Source: Balanoglossus misakiensis (lineage: Eukaryota; Animalia; Hemichordata). Taken from it: a stretch of DNA of 64,000 bases. The notes under the pieces are model-generated. The model worked only from the letters and a program-made list of their open reading frames with translations, was not told the origin of the DNA and did no database searches. A program made the position numbers and the translations under genes. Location of the stretch: contig CM082589.2 in NCBI GenBank assembly GCA_040954595.2, positions 2,990,213-3,054,212 on the forward strand. The letters run 5' to 3'. Below, piece after piece: positions 13,852 through 27,584 of this stretch. The first letter of the stretch is position 1; each line of letters opens with the position of its first letter.

Positions 13852-16800
13852 AGTTGCATAAATAACCACGACGGCGTCGACCAACTCGGAGCCAGATTCA
13901 TCGAGGGCCTATATGAAGTATGGCGTCGTCGAACGAACATGGTTCGCTTCATCTAAGCTGAGGTTTCCGATGATGTCGATGCCGCCGGTACCGACAAACG
14001 TACTGTTCGGTGGATTATGGCGGATTTGGCCGCCACAGCCTTGGCACACAAGCTATTATTTTTCATTTTTGTGTGCGTGTGTGTGTTTGTAACTCTAAGC
14101 CTCCTTATGCGCGTTATTACTGAGGATGAAGTTGGTCAACGTATGTTATTGAAAAATAATAATACCGGATCAGAAAGTAAGACGGTGCCACCAGGGACGA
14201 GATTACAAATGGATTGTGATACCGAGCTATTCCTTGATAGACAAAACCCGCGCTGAATCAGGGAGATTTGACGTGTTGGGTACTGGTGATGAAGCATGCG
14301 CGTTACACACCTCGGTGCTGAAGCATGGCTGGTGTTCCCTGTCTGTCTGTTTGGGCGATATCTCTTCCCTTCGCGTGAGGGTCACACGCACAGACCAACT
14401 CCTTGGCGCTATTCTCATGAACGTTTCCTACAAGTGGCTCTGACGAAAACAATTCACACCTCCCATCTCCTTGTGCTGGATTTTTACATGATTGGGATTT
14501 CGCTTTAGTAGTAATTGGCAAACCAATGATTTCACTTGTCTAAAATGCGCCATAAAATTTTGATGAAAACCCGGCGTTTTCACGCTCTCGCGTCACAAAA
14601 AAGAGATTTTCAAAGATAGTGCACCGTGATTTTTTAATAACATTGAAAGCATAGAACCGCGGTTTAGTTTGAAATGAGGAAGCGTGAAGATTGAGAGACA
14701 AATAGTGTCGGTGAATGTGTTTAGAGGACCCTGAACTCGGGCACCTAAAATATTTCCTTATTATTGCTTTTCCTCATTCAGAAAATGAGAGTCCTCGGAT
14801 GCCAAAAAATTTACAGCTCCATCAGCTGAAGTTTCTGACTATTTTTAAACATTTTTGTTTCGTGTATCTTCTGCAGTTTCTTGTTCGAATCCTTGATTCA
14901 TGGTAACACATACCCAGTAAGATGTTGTCGTGAACACAGTATTCAGTCAGCGCTGTTACTGTTGAAAATTAAAAGTTGATGTTTTTTATTTATTTCGTCT
15001 TTCATATACATGTATTTTCTTTTATTGGTAAAAAGATATAGCGACGAACCTGGCACCTATAGATCCGTCCAGGGATTTAAGCAAATCGATCTCGTTTCCA
15101 CAAACATAGGTTAAATAAATACAATGTATATGAAACAAAATAACAAACTCAAACTCAATGTTGCAAATATGCCGCCACGCAGACCAAAAAAAAAATTGCT
15201 TTCGGTGCAATTTCCTCCGACCAATCCAATTCCTGTCAATCGGAATTCTTTTAACCAGCAACGGTGTTCCATGTTCATTTTAGACCGTTTTTTTGTCATT
15301 TGTTTAAGCGATCGCCCGTGGCGATCATTACACAGAGAATCGATGACGTGTTAATGGGTTCAGGTTCAAGTAATAGCCGAGGGACGAATCTTATCTGGAG
15401 GGGGTCGCCTGGGGCCGTTTGCCTTAACCGGGTGATTACACTGGGTAAAATATCTCTTCGGCTGTGGATAATGCAACACATTCGTTTGCAGGTCGAAACG
15501 AATGATTGCACTGCCTATGTAGAAATTACCCCCCCCCCCCGTCCATAGAAGAAGGGTTCAACCAAACGAATATTTGCACCGAGAATAATATATAATATAT
15601 TACATACATGGTTAATCAAGTTATACATAGTACAGTGTAATACATAGCATAGAATATAAACGATTTTCGATAAACTTGCTGTTTAAATTCGTCAAAGTAG
15701 AGCGAATGTGTATATTTTGTCTTCTCTCGTCTACAAACATAACGCGAATCCTGAACACTTGACACACAGAAGGGAAAATAACAGCTCGGTTGATCATTGC
15801 AATTCGATTGCTGCGGGTAATTGACATTCTAAAATTTGAAACGCTGAGCGAAAATAGATTAACAAATTGGTTCAATAAACGAGATAAATCAAATGATGGT
15901 GTATGTGTCGGTGATATTGAGAGATTAGTCAACTCAACGAGACGATCGAGCTATCGTCGGGGTTTTTTTTTTCTGTGATTCTTTAAAGATTCATGACCTG
16001 AAGCAAATATTTGTAGGGTTTTTTGGCCTCACAATATCGACTGTGAAGCCTCTATGTTACAAAACCCATTTGTCACAACTCAGGATTTCCACGTTTTCAC
16101 TCCATTCCAAAGTCCCGACGTCTTTAAAAACAGTGTCAAAAAGAAAACAGATGACAGAACGGAATTGTCAGTAAACGACACCCAGTATAACACGTCCCAA
16201 TAGATTGCGACATATTGTTCCTTGAAGATTCCAATGCGTGTATGAGTCACGCCCGCTTTTTTTTCTAATTGTTTGCACGGAGACGACCATATTTGAATCA
16301 TGGGCAGCCAAGGACGATTTATCTTCGTAAAGCTTGAACCGAGAAAGTGACTAATAGTCCTTGTATACACATTTTTGTCAAAGTACATTCACATGAAGTA
16401 ATTTCAGCCAGAAAGTAAAATAGTGCAAGTTCGCGTGCTTTTAAAGGAATTCGTCGCCATATTTTCACATCACCGAAATCATTACTTTATTCTACACGAG
16501 AAGTTATATGTGTTCTTCCGCCTTCCGTCCATTTTTGAGTCCGGCCTTAGTTTCGGATCCCCACAATAATGCCCACTGTGCGTTAAAGGGGCGGTAAAGC
16601 CATATGGATATACGGCTACAGCGTCTCTGAGGCAACCCAGCGTCTTCACCGTCATTTGCGCCACATGCTCACCTCCATGGAAATCGGCACCCCTAGCGCG
16701 GAAAGCTGAATTAAGACCCCTTATTTCCTCCTTATTTTGATGGTAGCTAATAGTACAGCGAGTGACTATTGTATCAGCGCTGTAAATTGACAGGAATAAC

Positions 16801-18101
16801 TCAATTCATCGAAATGTTATTACTACAAATTGAACTGTGAAGAGTGAAAAGAAGCAAAGTCTGGTTCCGAGAAAGCGTGAAGTGGGAAAATACATCTGCC
16901 ATTTAATACATTCTTAAATTAACCAACCCCGCGCCCTCTGCCACACAATTTGGAGTAATATGTTCAAGTCTTCTCTCTAATCACACTGTGAACACCAGTT
17001 CTAGTAACAGGCGCCTTAATAATGGTAAGGCTTACAGGGGAGTGTAAGAGCGCCCTCGTCAACAAATATGTCAATGCATTTTTTATGTCAATGGCCTATT
17101 GTGATAGTTGTTGTAAAAGTCGGAGAAAATGTATAGCGCCCTCAGCAAGACATTTTCAAGTTCGCTCACAGGATAGACCCATACAATAAATACTGTACAA
17201 GATGTTAGTTGAGTTAGGACGACCAATCACCGAGTGAGTGAAGTTATTTAAACAATGCCATATGCAAATTCGACCAAGCTTTCATCATAAACGAATCGGT
17301 AGGAATCCCACAGCAATTAGAGAGTGTGGTTCAAGTTTATTTTAAATGGCTAAACAAACTGACCCCATAATTATCATTCGACAGACTAAAGCCAGTAAAC
17401 ATGTCTCAATTTACGAGTTCTCTCAATAAACTAAATGCCGGTAAGTGTTAGAAGAAATTAGGTCGTGCTGAGAAAGAAATCACATCAAAATTACAACCCC
17501 ACTGAGTCTACCTTGCCGTCAATTAGTCCCTAATTCGTCGTGTTTTCTTACAGCAGTATCTATTTAAACAGAAAAATAAGCAAGGGTGACGTAAATTTGG
17601 TAATTTGTATACGCTTTTGTTTTCAAACAGAACAGTGCCTAGATTTCTTCAAGGCTGCAGGGACCTCCAAGCAAGCAAGGTACATGTAGTAAATCTCTCG
17701 ACACAGCAGTGCGCAAACTTATCTGTTAAAACGGCGACGCCCTTCGCTTGGCGGTTTGCCTCTGTTCGAACTCAGGTTGACACGAACCCGGACCTTGGCA
17801 TGCAGCACTCGGAGCAACATGTGCAACGGCCCAGTCATACAATACCAGATGGTCGCTAATCCCAGGATTCCGTATGAGGGCGCTCAACTTCGCAATGCTG
17901 TCAGCCAGCTGCTGTCTATATTGCAAACCAAAAGAAACTTGGCACGAGTCATTATCACTTGTCATAGACATTCAAATTATTTTATTTGTAAATCAATTAA
18001 AAATGGCAGAAAAACAGACACGCTTGCTTTAAAGAAAACAGTACATACGACGTGTGCTTGGGTCTCTAAACACCACATCTGAGCAAAAGACATTACACTG
18101 T

Positions 18102-19280
18102 TCAGGCAGTCGTACTCTCTTTTAAATGTTCCCTGACGTGCCCTGCCACATGGAGACGTTTCCTTCTTTTCCTTTTCTTCTTTCCCTCGTCTGCTTTATC
18201 TCCTTGTGGAATTGGCTTCGCTTTCTTCTTTTTGCAAGAAAGTGGATTTGGTCCTCCTTTCCTCTTCCTTTTCCTTCGTTTCGCTTCCTCCTCGATGCCC
18301 ACTGCCTTCTTCAGTTTGTCTATTGTCTCTTTTTCCTCCTCTGAAGGTTTGATTTTCTTTTGGATGTTCTCCTCAGCTGTCTTGACGCTTTTTGACGACG
18401 GCTTCTCAAGTACGATTGCATTGAAGTTGATGTACAATAATGGTAGGCCTGGAACTCGACGAATTTTCACTGTCAATTCTGGATCCTGTGAAAGAAAACA
18501 TACCAAAATAAACCAAAGTTTTCAGAATGACACACCCAAGCAATTTGTACTGAAACTCTTCTAAAAAAACAAACTTTGGAAACCAGTCCACACTTACACT
18601 TCCTATTTATCCCAGCTTGTTTTCACATTAATTACGGTCATTTCTTTTTTTGTATTGCTCTTTATCATAGAAAGACCCTCACTACACAAAATAAACAACG
18701 AGGCTAACCTGTGTTGCGATAAAGTATCTGTTACTGTTATTCTTTCCAACCAAGCTGAGCAAGCAGTCAGCAGCAGCCACTGGATTGTTTCTGTGGCCAC
18801 ACATTCTGGGTTGAAATCTCTTGAGGATCAACAAGGCACCATAGGCTTCCTGTCCGATGGACTCGGCTTCCCGTACGCAGCACTGCGTGGTCAAAAGCTG
18901 ATCCGGGTAGAAAATGGGCAAATTGTGACCACCTCAGGACACCCTTTGCGTTCATTTTTAATTATTCAAGATCAAAATCGTTTATTTATAGCGTTCACCA
19001 GATCTCTGGCGCATAAACACAACCGTACATCAACGGGCCATTTCAGTGTTACCATGGCAATCTTCACTTGCATACACGCATCTGTCTTAGAAACGAACAA
19101 CCTTACCTGTACTTCTCCATCCAAGTATTTTGGAAGCTGCTCTTTGATGCTGATCTTGTACCTGAGTGCATTTATGCAGAACGTGCCGTCTATGAGAACT
19201 TGGTGCGGCTCTCTGAAGCCAAAGTTGTTGCGGTAAAAGCTGAGATACTTTCTCGCGTGCTTGTAACGTTTAATTTTCAT
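18102..19280 (-). CDS. UTP23: rRNA-processing protein UTP23 homolog (PIN-like domain + basic C-terminal tail), 3 exons, 248 aa
   Basis: Exons 19280-19107, 18897-18709, 18485-18102, all GT-AG and phase 0. Translation MKIKRYKHARKYLSFYRNNFGFREPHQVLIDGTF...LLTTQCC...CGH...YFIATQDPEL...VPGLPLLYI...KGGPNPLSCKKKK carries the hallmark UTP23 motifs. AATAAA lies on the - strand at ~17986-17981. Confidence 0.96.
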
Positions 19281-19951
19281 GACAGTATGTGATTAGTTCA
19301 TGCACTGTTCCATACGTACGGCCTCTCGCACTGTGCTTGTCGACCCACGGACCCGCGATCCAGTTGAATAATCGCCGTCTTTTGCTGAAACAAGTTGTCA
19401 GTGGAAGTATGTCTTCTCTGATTCCCTGAAAACAAAAGTAAACCAGGTTTTAAACTGTAGGAACGGTGTCACGGCGATGTTATCGATGGTTTTGTATCCA
19501 GACGCGTACCACACCCATGCACAAGGGCGCTGACATATTGAATGTTGGTTTCTGGGTAATATGAACTGTATATTCGCGCTCGTTTATTCCGAAAATTTGG
19601 ATACCTTTGCCAAAGCAGGATATGTCAAGCAATAGTAATCACCGTTTTAAAAATGAGACAAAGGGTGGTTTAAAAAACAGAATTTTAAAGAAAAGGGGAA
19701 AGCTCGATCGAGAGCTACGGGGAGAGGGAGCTCTTTGCCCTCGTTCACAGTATTGTATGAAGTTAAACATTACGGTGGCGTAAAGTCAAGTAAAATGCAT
19801 GTGTAAAAATATACATATACTTATATAATAATAGCATAATTTAGGTAACATATATACATAATTGCATAAACACAATTTTACACAAATACAGTAGATAGTC
19901 TACTTAATGATATATAGTCTGAACGAGCCTGCCATTAGGAAATTGTTCAAA
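19281..19951. promoter_or_regulatory. Putative bidirectional promoter between UTP23 and EIF3H
   Basis: 671 bp separate two divergent ATGs (19280 on -, 19952 on +). The interval contains CpGs and a GGAAGT ETS-like site near 19404; AAAATGGCGGC (YY1-like) overlaps the EIF3H start. Confidence 0.65.
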
Positions 19952-21971
19952 ATGGCGGCCAGAGATGTTTCTCCGGTAGCACGTGTACAGATTGACGGCT
20001 TGGTAGGTCATTTATCGGCTATTGTTTTCATTTCAAACAACACAGTTAACATTTTGAGAATGTATAGTTTCTGAAAATGTTGAGATTGTCCTTCAGTACA
20101 GTTTTGTATTGTCATTTCAGCCACCCTATGCCTCGCGTTGACATTGACAGCATGCATAAACAAACCGACTCACACACCCGATCGAGGGGTAGATCATACA
20201 TCATCAGTATGTGTTTTGTAACACACCGTACAGAATTTGATGGATCATTGTTTTGACCTTTCGTACATGTGTACAGGTTGTCCTTAAGATCGTCAAACAC
20301 TGCGAGGAAGAAGGCACAGGGTGTACAGAACTTGTACAAGGTGTATTACTTGGACTGGTTGTAGACAACACCCTGGAAATTACCAACTGTTTTCCATTCC
20401 CAAGACACACAGATGATGAAGACTTTGATGAAGGTACTGTCCTGTTTTCCTCGTTGCTTTTGTTTGTGATTATATTTTGAAATTACCGACTGTGTTCCTT
20501 TACATATTAAATACAATATTGCCATCCTGTCTTTTTATGCGTACAGTACAATATCAGATGGAGATGATGCGAAATCTACGACATGTCAACATAGACCATC
20601 TCCACGTTGGTTGGTATCAATCGACACTCTACGGTTCCTTCATGAACAAAGCACTGCTGGACTCACAGTTTAACTACCAGCACTCGATAGAAGAATCTGT
20701 GGTACTCATATACGGTGAGTTGCACACTCAAATTCTTGGTTGCCTACCACTACAAATGAGTGTTGTATCTTAGGATTCATTCAGTTCCCTGTCTGTTACT
20801 TACAAAAAAGTGTCAATTGACTAACAGACTTTCACTTGTCAATCCCAAGCTCACTGTGTGTATATTCTTTATCTCGTGTCGATCATCATTTTCACAGATC
20901 CAATCAAAACCAGCAGGGGAACGCTATGTCTGCGCGCATACAGACTGACGCCACTATTGATGCACATGTACAAAGAGGGTGACTTCACTCCAGACAGGTA
21001 AAGAATTACCAGCAAATTTCAGCAGAAAAAAAGAGAGAAAGGGACAAGCAATTACAGACATGTTGTTCATTGGTGAAGTAGTAAACAGTGGATTGTTCCA
21101 GAAAATAATTTCAATCTAATCATGTCTATTTCATATTTTTATCACTAGCATTAGGAAAGCCAATCTTAGTTTCCAACAGATGTTTGAAGAAATCCCGATA
21201 GTGATCCGAAACTCGCATCTGATAAATGCCATGCTGTGTGAGATACAGGAGGAGAAGACGTCGCAACCTGACAACTTCCTGAATCTGACAACAGGGTGAG
21301 TACATTACAATTGAAGATTCACCAACAGTTCTCCCCATAGAGATCCAACCATAGAAAACAACGGATTTGGACGGTGATGAAAGGGTTAAAATATTGTATC
21401 GATGAACACAATACTGTTATGACACTGCGGTTGAAAGTTCATTTGTTGGGTAATTGCAATTTCAGCCCCGTCCTGGCAAAACATCTACGTCTGTTGATGG
21501 ATAGCGTGGACGAGAGTAACCAAGACAACAACAAATACATGAATCACCTCAGAAGTGTGGCTAAGCAAGAAGGAGCAAAACACCAGTACAAGTACAAAAG
21601 GGTGAGTCTTGAAATCACAATTGCGCTTTTCAATGGGGAGTTGAAATCAGCCATTTTCATGATCCTGGTCTCAAAGGGGTACCCCCTTGTCAAGACCCCA
21701 AGCCCTCTCTCAGTGACTGACACTCACACTGTCTGTTCATTCAATCCCACAGCAACAAGAGAACGCCGCAAGGCAGGCCCGGGGCGAACCGCCACTACCG
21801 GACGAAGACATCTCCAAGATCTTCAAGTCGATTTCAGTGCCGCCGCGACTCGACGGCCTCCTCATAGCCGGGCAGATCAAACACCACGCTGACCAGATCA
21901 AACAGTTTGCTGGTCAGAGCTTCGGTAAACTGTTCATGGCTGAAGCTGTACAACATAAATCTGATGTTTAG
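19952..21971 (+). CDS. EIF3H: Eukaryotic translation initiation factor 3 subunit H (MPN domain), 7 exons, 325 aa
   Basis: Exons 19952-20002, 20277-20433, 20547-20714, 20898-20997, 21149-21295, 21466-21601, 21753-21971 (978 nt, GT-AG, frame continuous). Motifs [92 protein letters not shown] and [11 protein letters not shown] are characteristic of eIF3h. Confidence 0.97.
21318..21389 (-). mobile_element. Short MITE-like element (TTAA/CCC terminus, piggyBac-type), degraded copy in EIF3H intron 5
   Basis: Reverse complement reads TTAACCCTTTCATCACC...TTGTTTTCTATGGTTGGATCTCTATGGGGAGAACTGTTGGTGAA and aligns by eye with the copies at 54526-54619 and 60525-60615. Confidence 0.55.
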
Positions 21972-24900
21972 GAACTATTTATCGATCATGTCAATCAAAA
22001 TCTGGATGGAAATTAAAATATCTTCAATTGAAAGCATCTCTCAAATGTCTGATCCTGTGAAACTGATGTAACCTGACCTATGATGCCAATTTTCTCCCCC
22101 CAAAATGAAGAGTATTATGAACCACACACTTGAGTATTGTAATGAAATCCTACTTTTCAACGGTTGAAATAAATGATATTTAACAACAGAACCAATGTCT
22201 TCATTTTTTTTCCACTGAGAGAACTACATTAGTATTTCATTGTTATGGAGTTTTGTCACTGACAGTGAAATCTCAATATGGACAAAGTAAGATGTGTTCG
22301 CTGACCCTAGGGTGCCTCGGGTGACCTCTGGAAGGTCATAGATGCACGTAGATAAAAATAAAACGCCCATTTTGTGGGTAGGCAAAAACGAGGAAATCCG
22401 GACATTTCCATTGGTCAAGCAGTGCCACGTGACTCCCCTTGTACTGTTGAGCCCCAGAACGTGTATAGCTTTTCAGTCGGATCTCGTTAGTATCTCCGAA
22501 CGTTAATAATTTGACTGACCAGACACTGTGGAGTTTGTGCTCTTTGCCATGGCAGTGATAACAAAACCTTTCGTTCATACTGAGTGTGATTGACTTTCAA
22601 CTTGAGCTTTACATGAACAAAGGGCGTCAGTACAGTACGGTTCAAGTGGCGAGGGCAGCTGTGACGGTTTAGTGGCTATTCGCGTTTGGGTTGGTTTTCG
22701 GCCCAATCTACAAAACATTTTCCACACCCTGCATCTATTTATGACCCTACTTTCTTTCCGAATTTTCCTCAAAAAGGTCAAGGTCATCTAATATAACTTT
22801 CCCGTTATAGTCCACCATTCCAAATTATCGCGTTTTTTTGGTCAAATGTAGTTTTCCAATCAGAGTTTTGGGGATTCACACAGTGGCGAAAGCATACTCA
22901 AAATGTTTTTCTGTACGTTTTAACTTCTCTCCCCTCCAACCCTACTTTGTACAAACTTGCTCCGTTCTTTCATCGGCAAATGGAAAGAAAAAACGGCCAC
23001 TCCTTCCGTCTATTCACCAAGACTCGTGCGTCGCAGCTTGTAGTCTGCGCGCGCGAAGCAGCTGACTGCTTTCCCACAATTCAATCGCTGCAACCAATCT
23101 CCACTCACTCTGTGCCCAGTCCACGGTCTACACAAAGGTGTTGAATTACAAAAGCGGGGAAAAGTGCATACAAGACGTTCCTTTATGGCGTTCTCCTTTC
23201 TCATATACTGTCTTGGTTACAGCGTGGAAACTCGGTCAGTCCTCGATTGACGAGCGCGGTTTGTTATTGTGCTACTTTTTTTTTACTGCGAGATATTTTG
23301 ATAACCAGAACTAAAGCTAGCGCATGGCTTCGGTGCTTTGACCAGTCGTGGCCAGCAGGTGCGTGAAATTAAATTCCGACCGGTATCCTTGAGTTCCGTC
23401 GATTTTAAGGGGTGCGCCATCTCACATCTTAGGCGGGCATACGATGTTAACCGGCTTCTGGTATACGCACACGCGGCCACTGTACATTTATGTCCATTTC
23501 AGTGCCCCCCCCCCCCCCACAAGTCTCAACACAGTTCTCCCAATCTGTGAATCCCGCTACGTTTTATAGCGTTTCCAGAATATCCGCTAGGCGGCACTTT
23601 TCTCTAGCTCCAGCGGATCCATATGCAATAAAAATGTAAAAGAAACCATCTGCATTCACCGACAGAGGGCAAGCTCGGGACAGGGGCGGTTATAGAGAGA
23701 ATCTGAAAGTAAGCTTAGACAGCTGGCAGTAACTGCCCAAGAAAACCTTTTTAACACCACGACATTGAAATAATGGGGACCAAGTGAGAAGTTCTACAAT
23801 GAAATTTGATCGTGTGTACATGCAAACCAAGGGAAACGCCATTCTTTGGGAGATAAAGACAGCAAATACGGCGCGTGGTTGCCGTCATTTCAAAATTGGC
23901 CGTAACCACCCGCGCACAAAGTAGCGGGCAAGTGCGACAGCGCCGCGCGGTCAAGCATCGCACCGATCGCACCCGAATTACGCACATTCTGCGCTGGCTA
24001 AAAACAAAATCAAAAGTTATGCTACGAAACAAGACCACGTTACATAACATCGATGTGAACTCGCCACAGGGATTGTTTTGAGTTTTTCGCTAGAAGGCCT
24101 AAGCAAAACTTTTTTCTCAGATTTGTCTTCGACAAGTGGCCATCATGGTCACAGACAGAGACTGAATTGTTTTCTTTATTAACTAACGGGTAGCGAAAAA
24201 GAAAACATTATTTATTGGTAATATTCGCCGTATGTGTATATACATTTGACCAGCTGTCATGTTCTCTGTTCTCATATTGTACCTGTCGCCATCTGTTACC
24301 CCCAACTGTACACTTGACTGGATATTGACCCTTGACCCTCCCTGAGAGACACGGCAAACACGTCGGTTGTTTCCAAGAGCATGATCATGAATCCACGCAC
24401 TTGAGAACTGGCATGGGAGTTGAGATCGACGCTCAGCGTAACCCATGGATACCAATCCTGAGTGAATCAGGGATGAAGGGTGCACGCCAGTGGTGACCCC
24501 TAGGAAACTATGCTGGCACTATCAAACATTACTGTTATCTGTTATCCAGCTTGAAAAGTGTCACATCGCAAATATGACTATCCTGCAAAGTGTCGTAAAA
24601 ACAAACACAATCAAACCTGTATCGATGGGCTGAATAAACACCGCGTCCGCTGTACATACATGTACATGTACATGCAATTGAACAATATTGCATGTCAAGA
24701 TAAGAGCGGGTCGATATGACCATCCCCGACCATTACATGTGTCCCACACATACATTATGGTTTTCCCCGACACAATTTTGCTGGGGTGGGATGTATTGCA
24801 AAACGCCCGCTATTTGCGTATAGACCACAAAACCACCTGTTGATTTCAGAAGAAATCTAACAGGGGCAATACATCTTTTCCTAATTGGTTGACAAGTAAA

Positions 24901-25753
24901 ATTTACGGAAATTAACAATGACCAGATACTGTCGCGATCGGCATAAGATTCAACGTGTCCACATATACATGTACATTGTACATACAATGGCGTATACCAA
25001 AACCACGGGAGCGGAAGTTGACATGCGCACGAGCTTTCGCCGTGAGATACATCCGGGAGGGAGACTTTGTTGTAACTCTGCACGAACACGTCGTTTGACT
25101 CAATACGACTAAAAAGACAATTATTCCTAGTTCCGGACAAATTTGCCAAAAAGTCTTTGTTATAGGATTCGTGTTGTTTCTCTCCGTGAATGACCTTAAT
25201 TACTCCACAGACTGCTTTGGCAGCGCGTGTACCATCTTGTCGGGGGCGATTTACATCTCAACAAGGCCGGCCAAAATCACTGACGCACGGGGTTGGGAAA
25301 ACGTGGTACATGTGTATAGATCGATTCGCCGACACACGTGGACTCCCCGCGCCAATTTTAGCTGCTTTTCTTTGAAGGCATCAATAAAAAATTAATCTTC
25401 GTAGGCTGGAGTTGAGGGAGAGACGACTTCATACGCCTTTGTTCGGCTGTCCATTGTGTCTCACTCTTTTGTTTTGTGGGGTGGCCGTTGGAGGAAAGGC
25501 GCAGCGAACAATTACACGAAACAAGTGCAATTTCCATTTCCAGTAGAGATCAGCATCACATCTTTCAGCAAACAAAAGACATTGATCGGTGGAAAAACGT
25601 AGGATCACTTTTTCACGAGGAAACCCATAACCCTACACGATTAATTTCACAGAACGTGTCAATATGGGACGGTTGAGCGTGTAGCTTAGGGATAATGGAA
25701 GGCACAACATAAAGTAGACTGAAAAGCTGAATTCATGTTTTTTGTCTTTTGCG

Positions 25754-26443
25754 TTTATTCGGGTAAATGAACGAAAACATGACGAATAACAATAGACAAC
25801 ACAGTCATCTCTTACAAAAAAGCACGATTTCAAAAACCGTTAATAAATATCTGAAATACAAAATCAACAGGGAAAATGACTCAACGGTAAATACACGCCC
25901 GGTTGTGTAAGGCTCGCGCGTCGACAAGAGGCCATATTGAGCGCTCCCGGCGAGACCTTTAATAAATCGTCTGTCACGTGGTTCAATAAATAGCCTCATT
26001 AAATATTCAACTGGCATTTAAATGTTATTGAAATGGCGAGAGCTTGAATTAAAGCTAGGCTTCGAGACGATAAAAAGGTTATATTGCTTTGCTAGAATAG
26101 ACACAAAATATATATATTAAAATCTGTCGAAAGATTCAAAAGTGTATCTCTCTTTAAAGTAGGCAGTACAGTGTTAGCTTTGGTCGAACTGGTTGGAAAC
26201 AACCAAGGTTCGGAAATATGAAAAAAACGAACAAAAGAGGGAAAAAATCAAAATGGCGGCGGTCGTCGGAAGTTGACGACAGCTCACCGCAAGTGATGTA
26301 GACTAATGATTTTGACTGTACGAAACGATACAGTGATATAAATAATTTCTGTAAAAATAATCAGAATAAGTAAAGTCGGATACAAAAATATAGTTAATGC
26401 ACGATGTGGGGCAAAAAAGGGTATTTAGCTTTCACGATAAATA
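25754..26443 (-). promoter_or_regulatory. AU-rich elements and poly(A) signal in the probable 3' UTR of the SPSB3-like gene
   Basis: On the - strand, TATTTAT heptamers occur at ~26443, ~26344, ~25992 and ~25849, with further ATTTA pentamers and an AATAAA at 25759-25754. Confidence 0.45.
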
Positions 26444-26808
26444 CACTGATACACACACACTTCCATTCTAAAAGCTACGTTTAAAAATGTCGACTATAAA
26501 ATTCACAAAATCGGAAAGATGATTTTGTAGTCATTCGTATTGCACGTGAGTGGGCCTGACTGAGATATGCGACTTCAATTAAGAGACGAATCTCAGGATT
26601 TTCACAAAGATAAAATTCTACAAAATTACTAGCTATATAGAAAGAGACTCTCACTAAAATGTATTGTCTAACCTATCACTACAAAGATGAAACAAGCTTC
26701 GTCACATCTGCGCCATTTTGTTCGTGTTTTTTTTTGCTCATACTGATTATAATTTTTCTCTTGGTACCAAAAATGAGTTGCACTGTAATTTTCGAGTCAT
26801 ATTTACCA

Positions 26809-27483
26809 TCATTCCATCGCTTCTCTTATAAATTCTATAAGTCTATTTGGCAGGAAAAGTTCATCCAGTAATTTTTCGTCGGGAATGTTCCGGATAATGA
26901 CAGCGCGACATCGATCTTGCAAGGTCGTGTAGCTGCGTCGCCGTCTGCCCAGCGACATTTCCGTTTTGGCCGCCGTTGAGCAGATGATCGGGTAGAGTTC
27001 GGAATCCAGGTTTTTGAATCCGTCGAAGGCGACTCCGAGCGGTTCGCCATCCTTGAAGTAGCTCAGCGTTCCTTGGTTGCTGTCGAACAAGATGCCGATC
27101 GTGGTGGGTTCGTTTTCGATGAAGGGTTTCGTGTATCCCTTGCTGTTTCCCCGGTGCCACAAGAGTCCTTTGTGGGACATCCCCCAGCTCTGGTCGTCCT
27201 CGCCGAGCATGTTGACGAAAGCATCTATGTGGAGACGGGATCGCTTGGTGCCGACGCCGAACATCATACTGGTGCCGAAGATTCGTTGCGACACCTTCAC
27301 CTCCCAGTAGTGTCGGCCGCCGCTCAAGTCCCTGGTGCCGCGGACTCCGGCGGTGCCGTTGGACCAGTTCGGGTGGAACAGCGCCGTCCGATTTCTCTTT
27401 CCGAGCAGCTTCACTTCGTGCGACTTCTCCCGTCGGCTCCACGTCCAGTTGTCGTCACAGCTGTCCGGCAGTTCGTAAGGCAT
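26809..27483 (-). CDS. SPSB3: SPRY-domain SOCS-box protein (SPSB3-like), intronless, 224 aa
   Basis: Single ORF with GC3-rich codons. SPRY motifs FHPNWSNGTAGVRG, GRHYWEVKV, FGTSMMFGVGT, LGEDDQSWGMSHKG, GTLSYFKDG..LGVAF and LYPIICSTAAKTEM are followed by a C-terminal SOCS box TLQDRCRAVI...LFLPNRLIEFI. An in-frame stop upstream fixes the start. Strict orthology to vertebrate SPSB3 is not proven. Confidence 0.92.
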   Translation of the reverse strand: MPYELPDSCDDNWTWSRREKSHEVKLLGKRNRTALFHPNWSNGTAGVRGTRDLSGGRHYWEVKVSQRIFGTSMMFGVGTKRSRLHIDAFVNMLGEDDQSWGMSHKGLLWHRGNSKGYTKPFIENEPTTIGILFDSNQGTLSYFKDGEPLGVAFDGFKNLDSELYPIICSTAAKTEMSLGRRRRSYTTLQDRCRAVIIRNIPDEKLLDELFLPNRLIEFIREAME

Positions 27484-27584
27484 CGTCCGCTGCTCGACGC
27501 GACGGCGGGGGCTGGATCACGCACGACGATCTAGCAGCGAAGAGAGACGCCACTGGTCTTCGCTCCTCGTTCATCGATAATGCG

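Noticed and set aside
13860-17970. Short ORFs or exon-like GC-richer patches after the satellite (e.g. 14017-14521, MGSGSS ORF ~15354, 17605-18082)
   Set aside because: No recognisable domain and no consistent splice chain could be built.
18232-19292. Plus-strand ORFs of 110 and 193 aa
   Set aside because: Antisense shadows of UTP23 exons.
20100-20205. Possible H/ACA snoRNA in EIF3H intron 1; also C-box-like GTGATGA in intron 5
   Set aside because: The hairpins are weak; the intron-5 GTGATGA lies in the MITE terminus and has no suitable D box.
24270-24500. Exon-like segment on the - strand with AG/GT borders and a faint Reeler-like VTL...RGFMI stretch
   Set aside because: No partner exons were found and the similarity is too weak to support.
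26861-27534. 193-aa (-) and 153-aa (+) ORFs overlapping the SPSB3-like CDS
   Set aside because: Alternate-frame and antisense by-products of GC3-rich codon usage.
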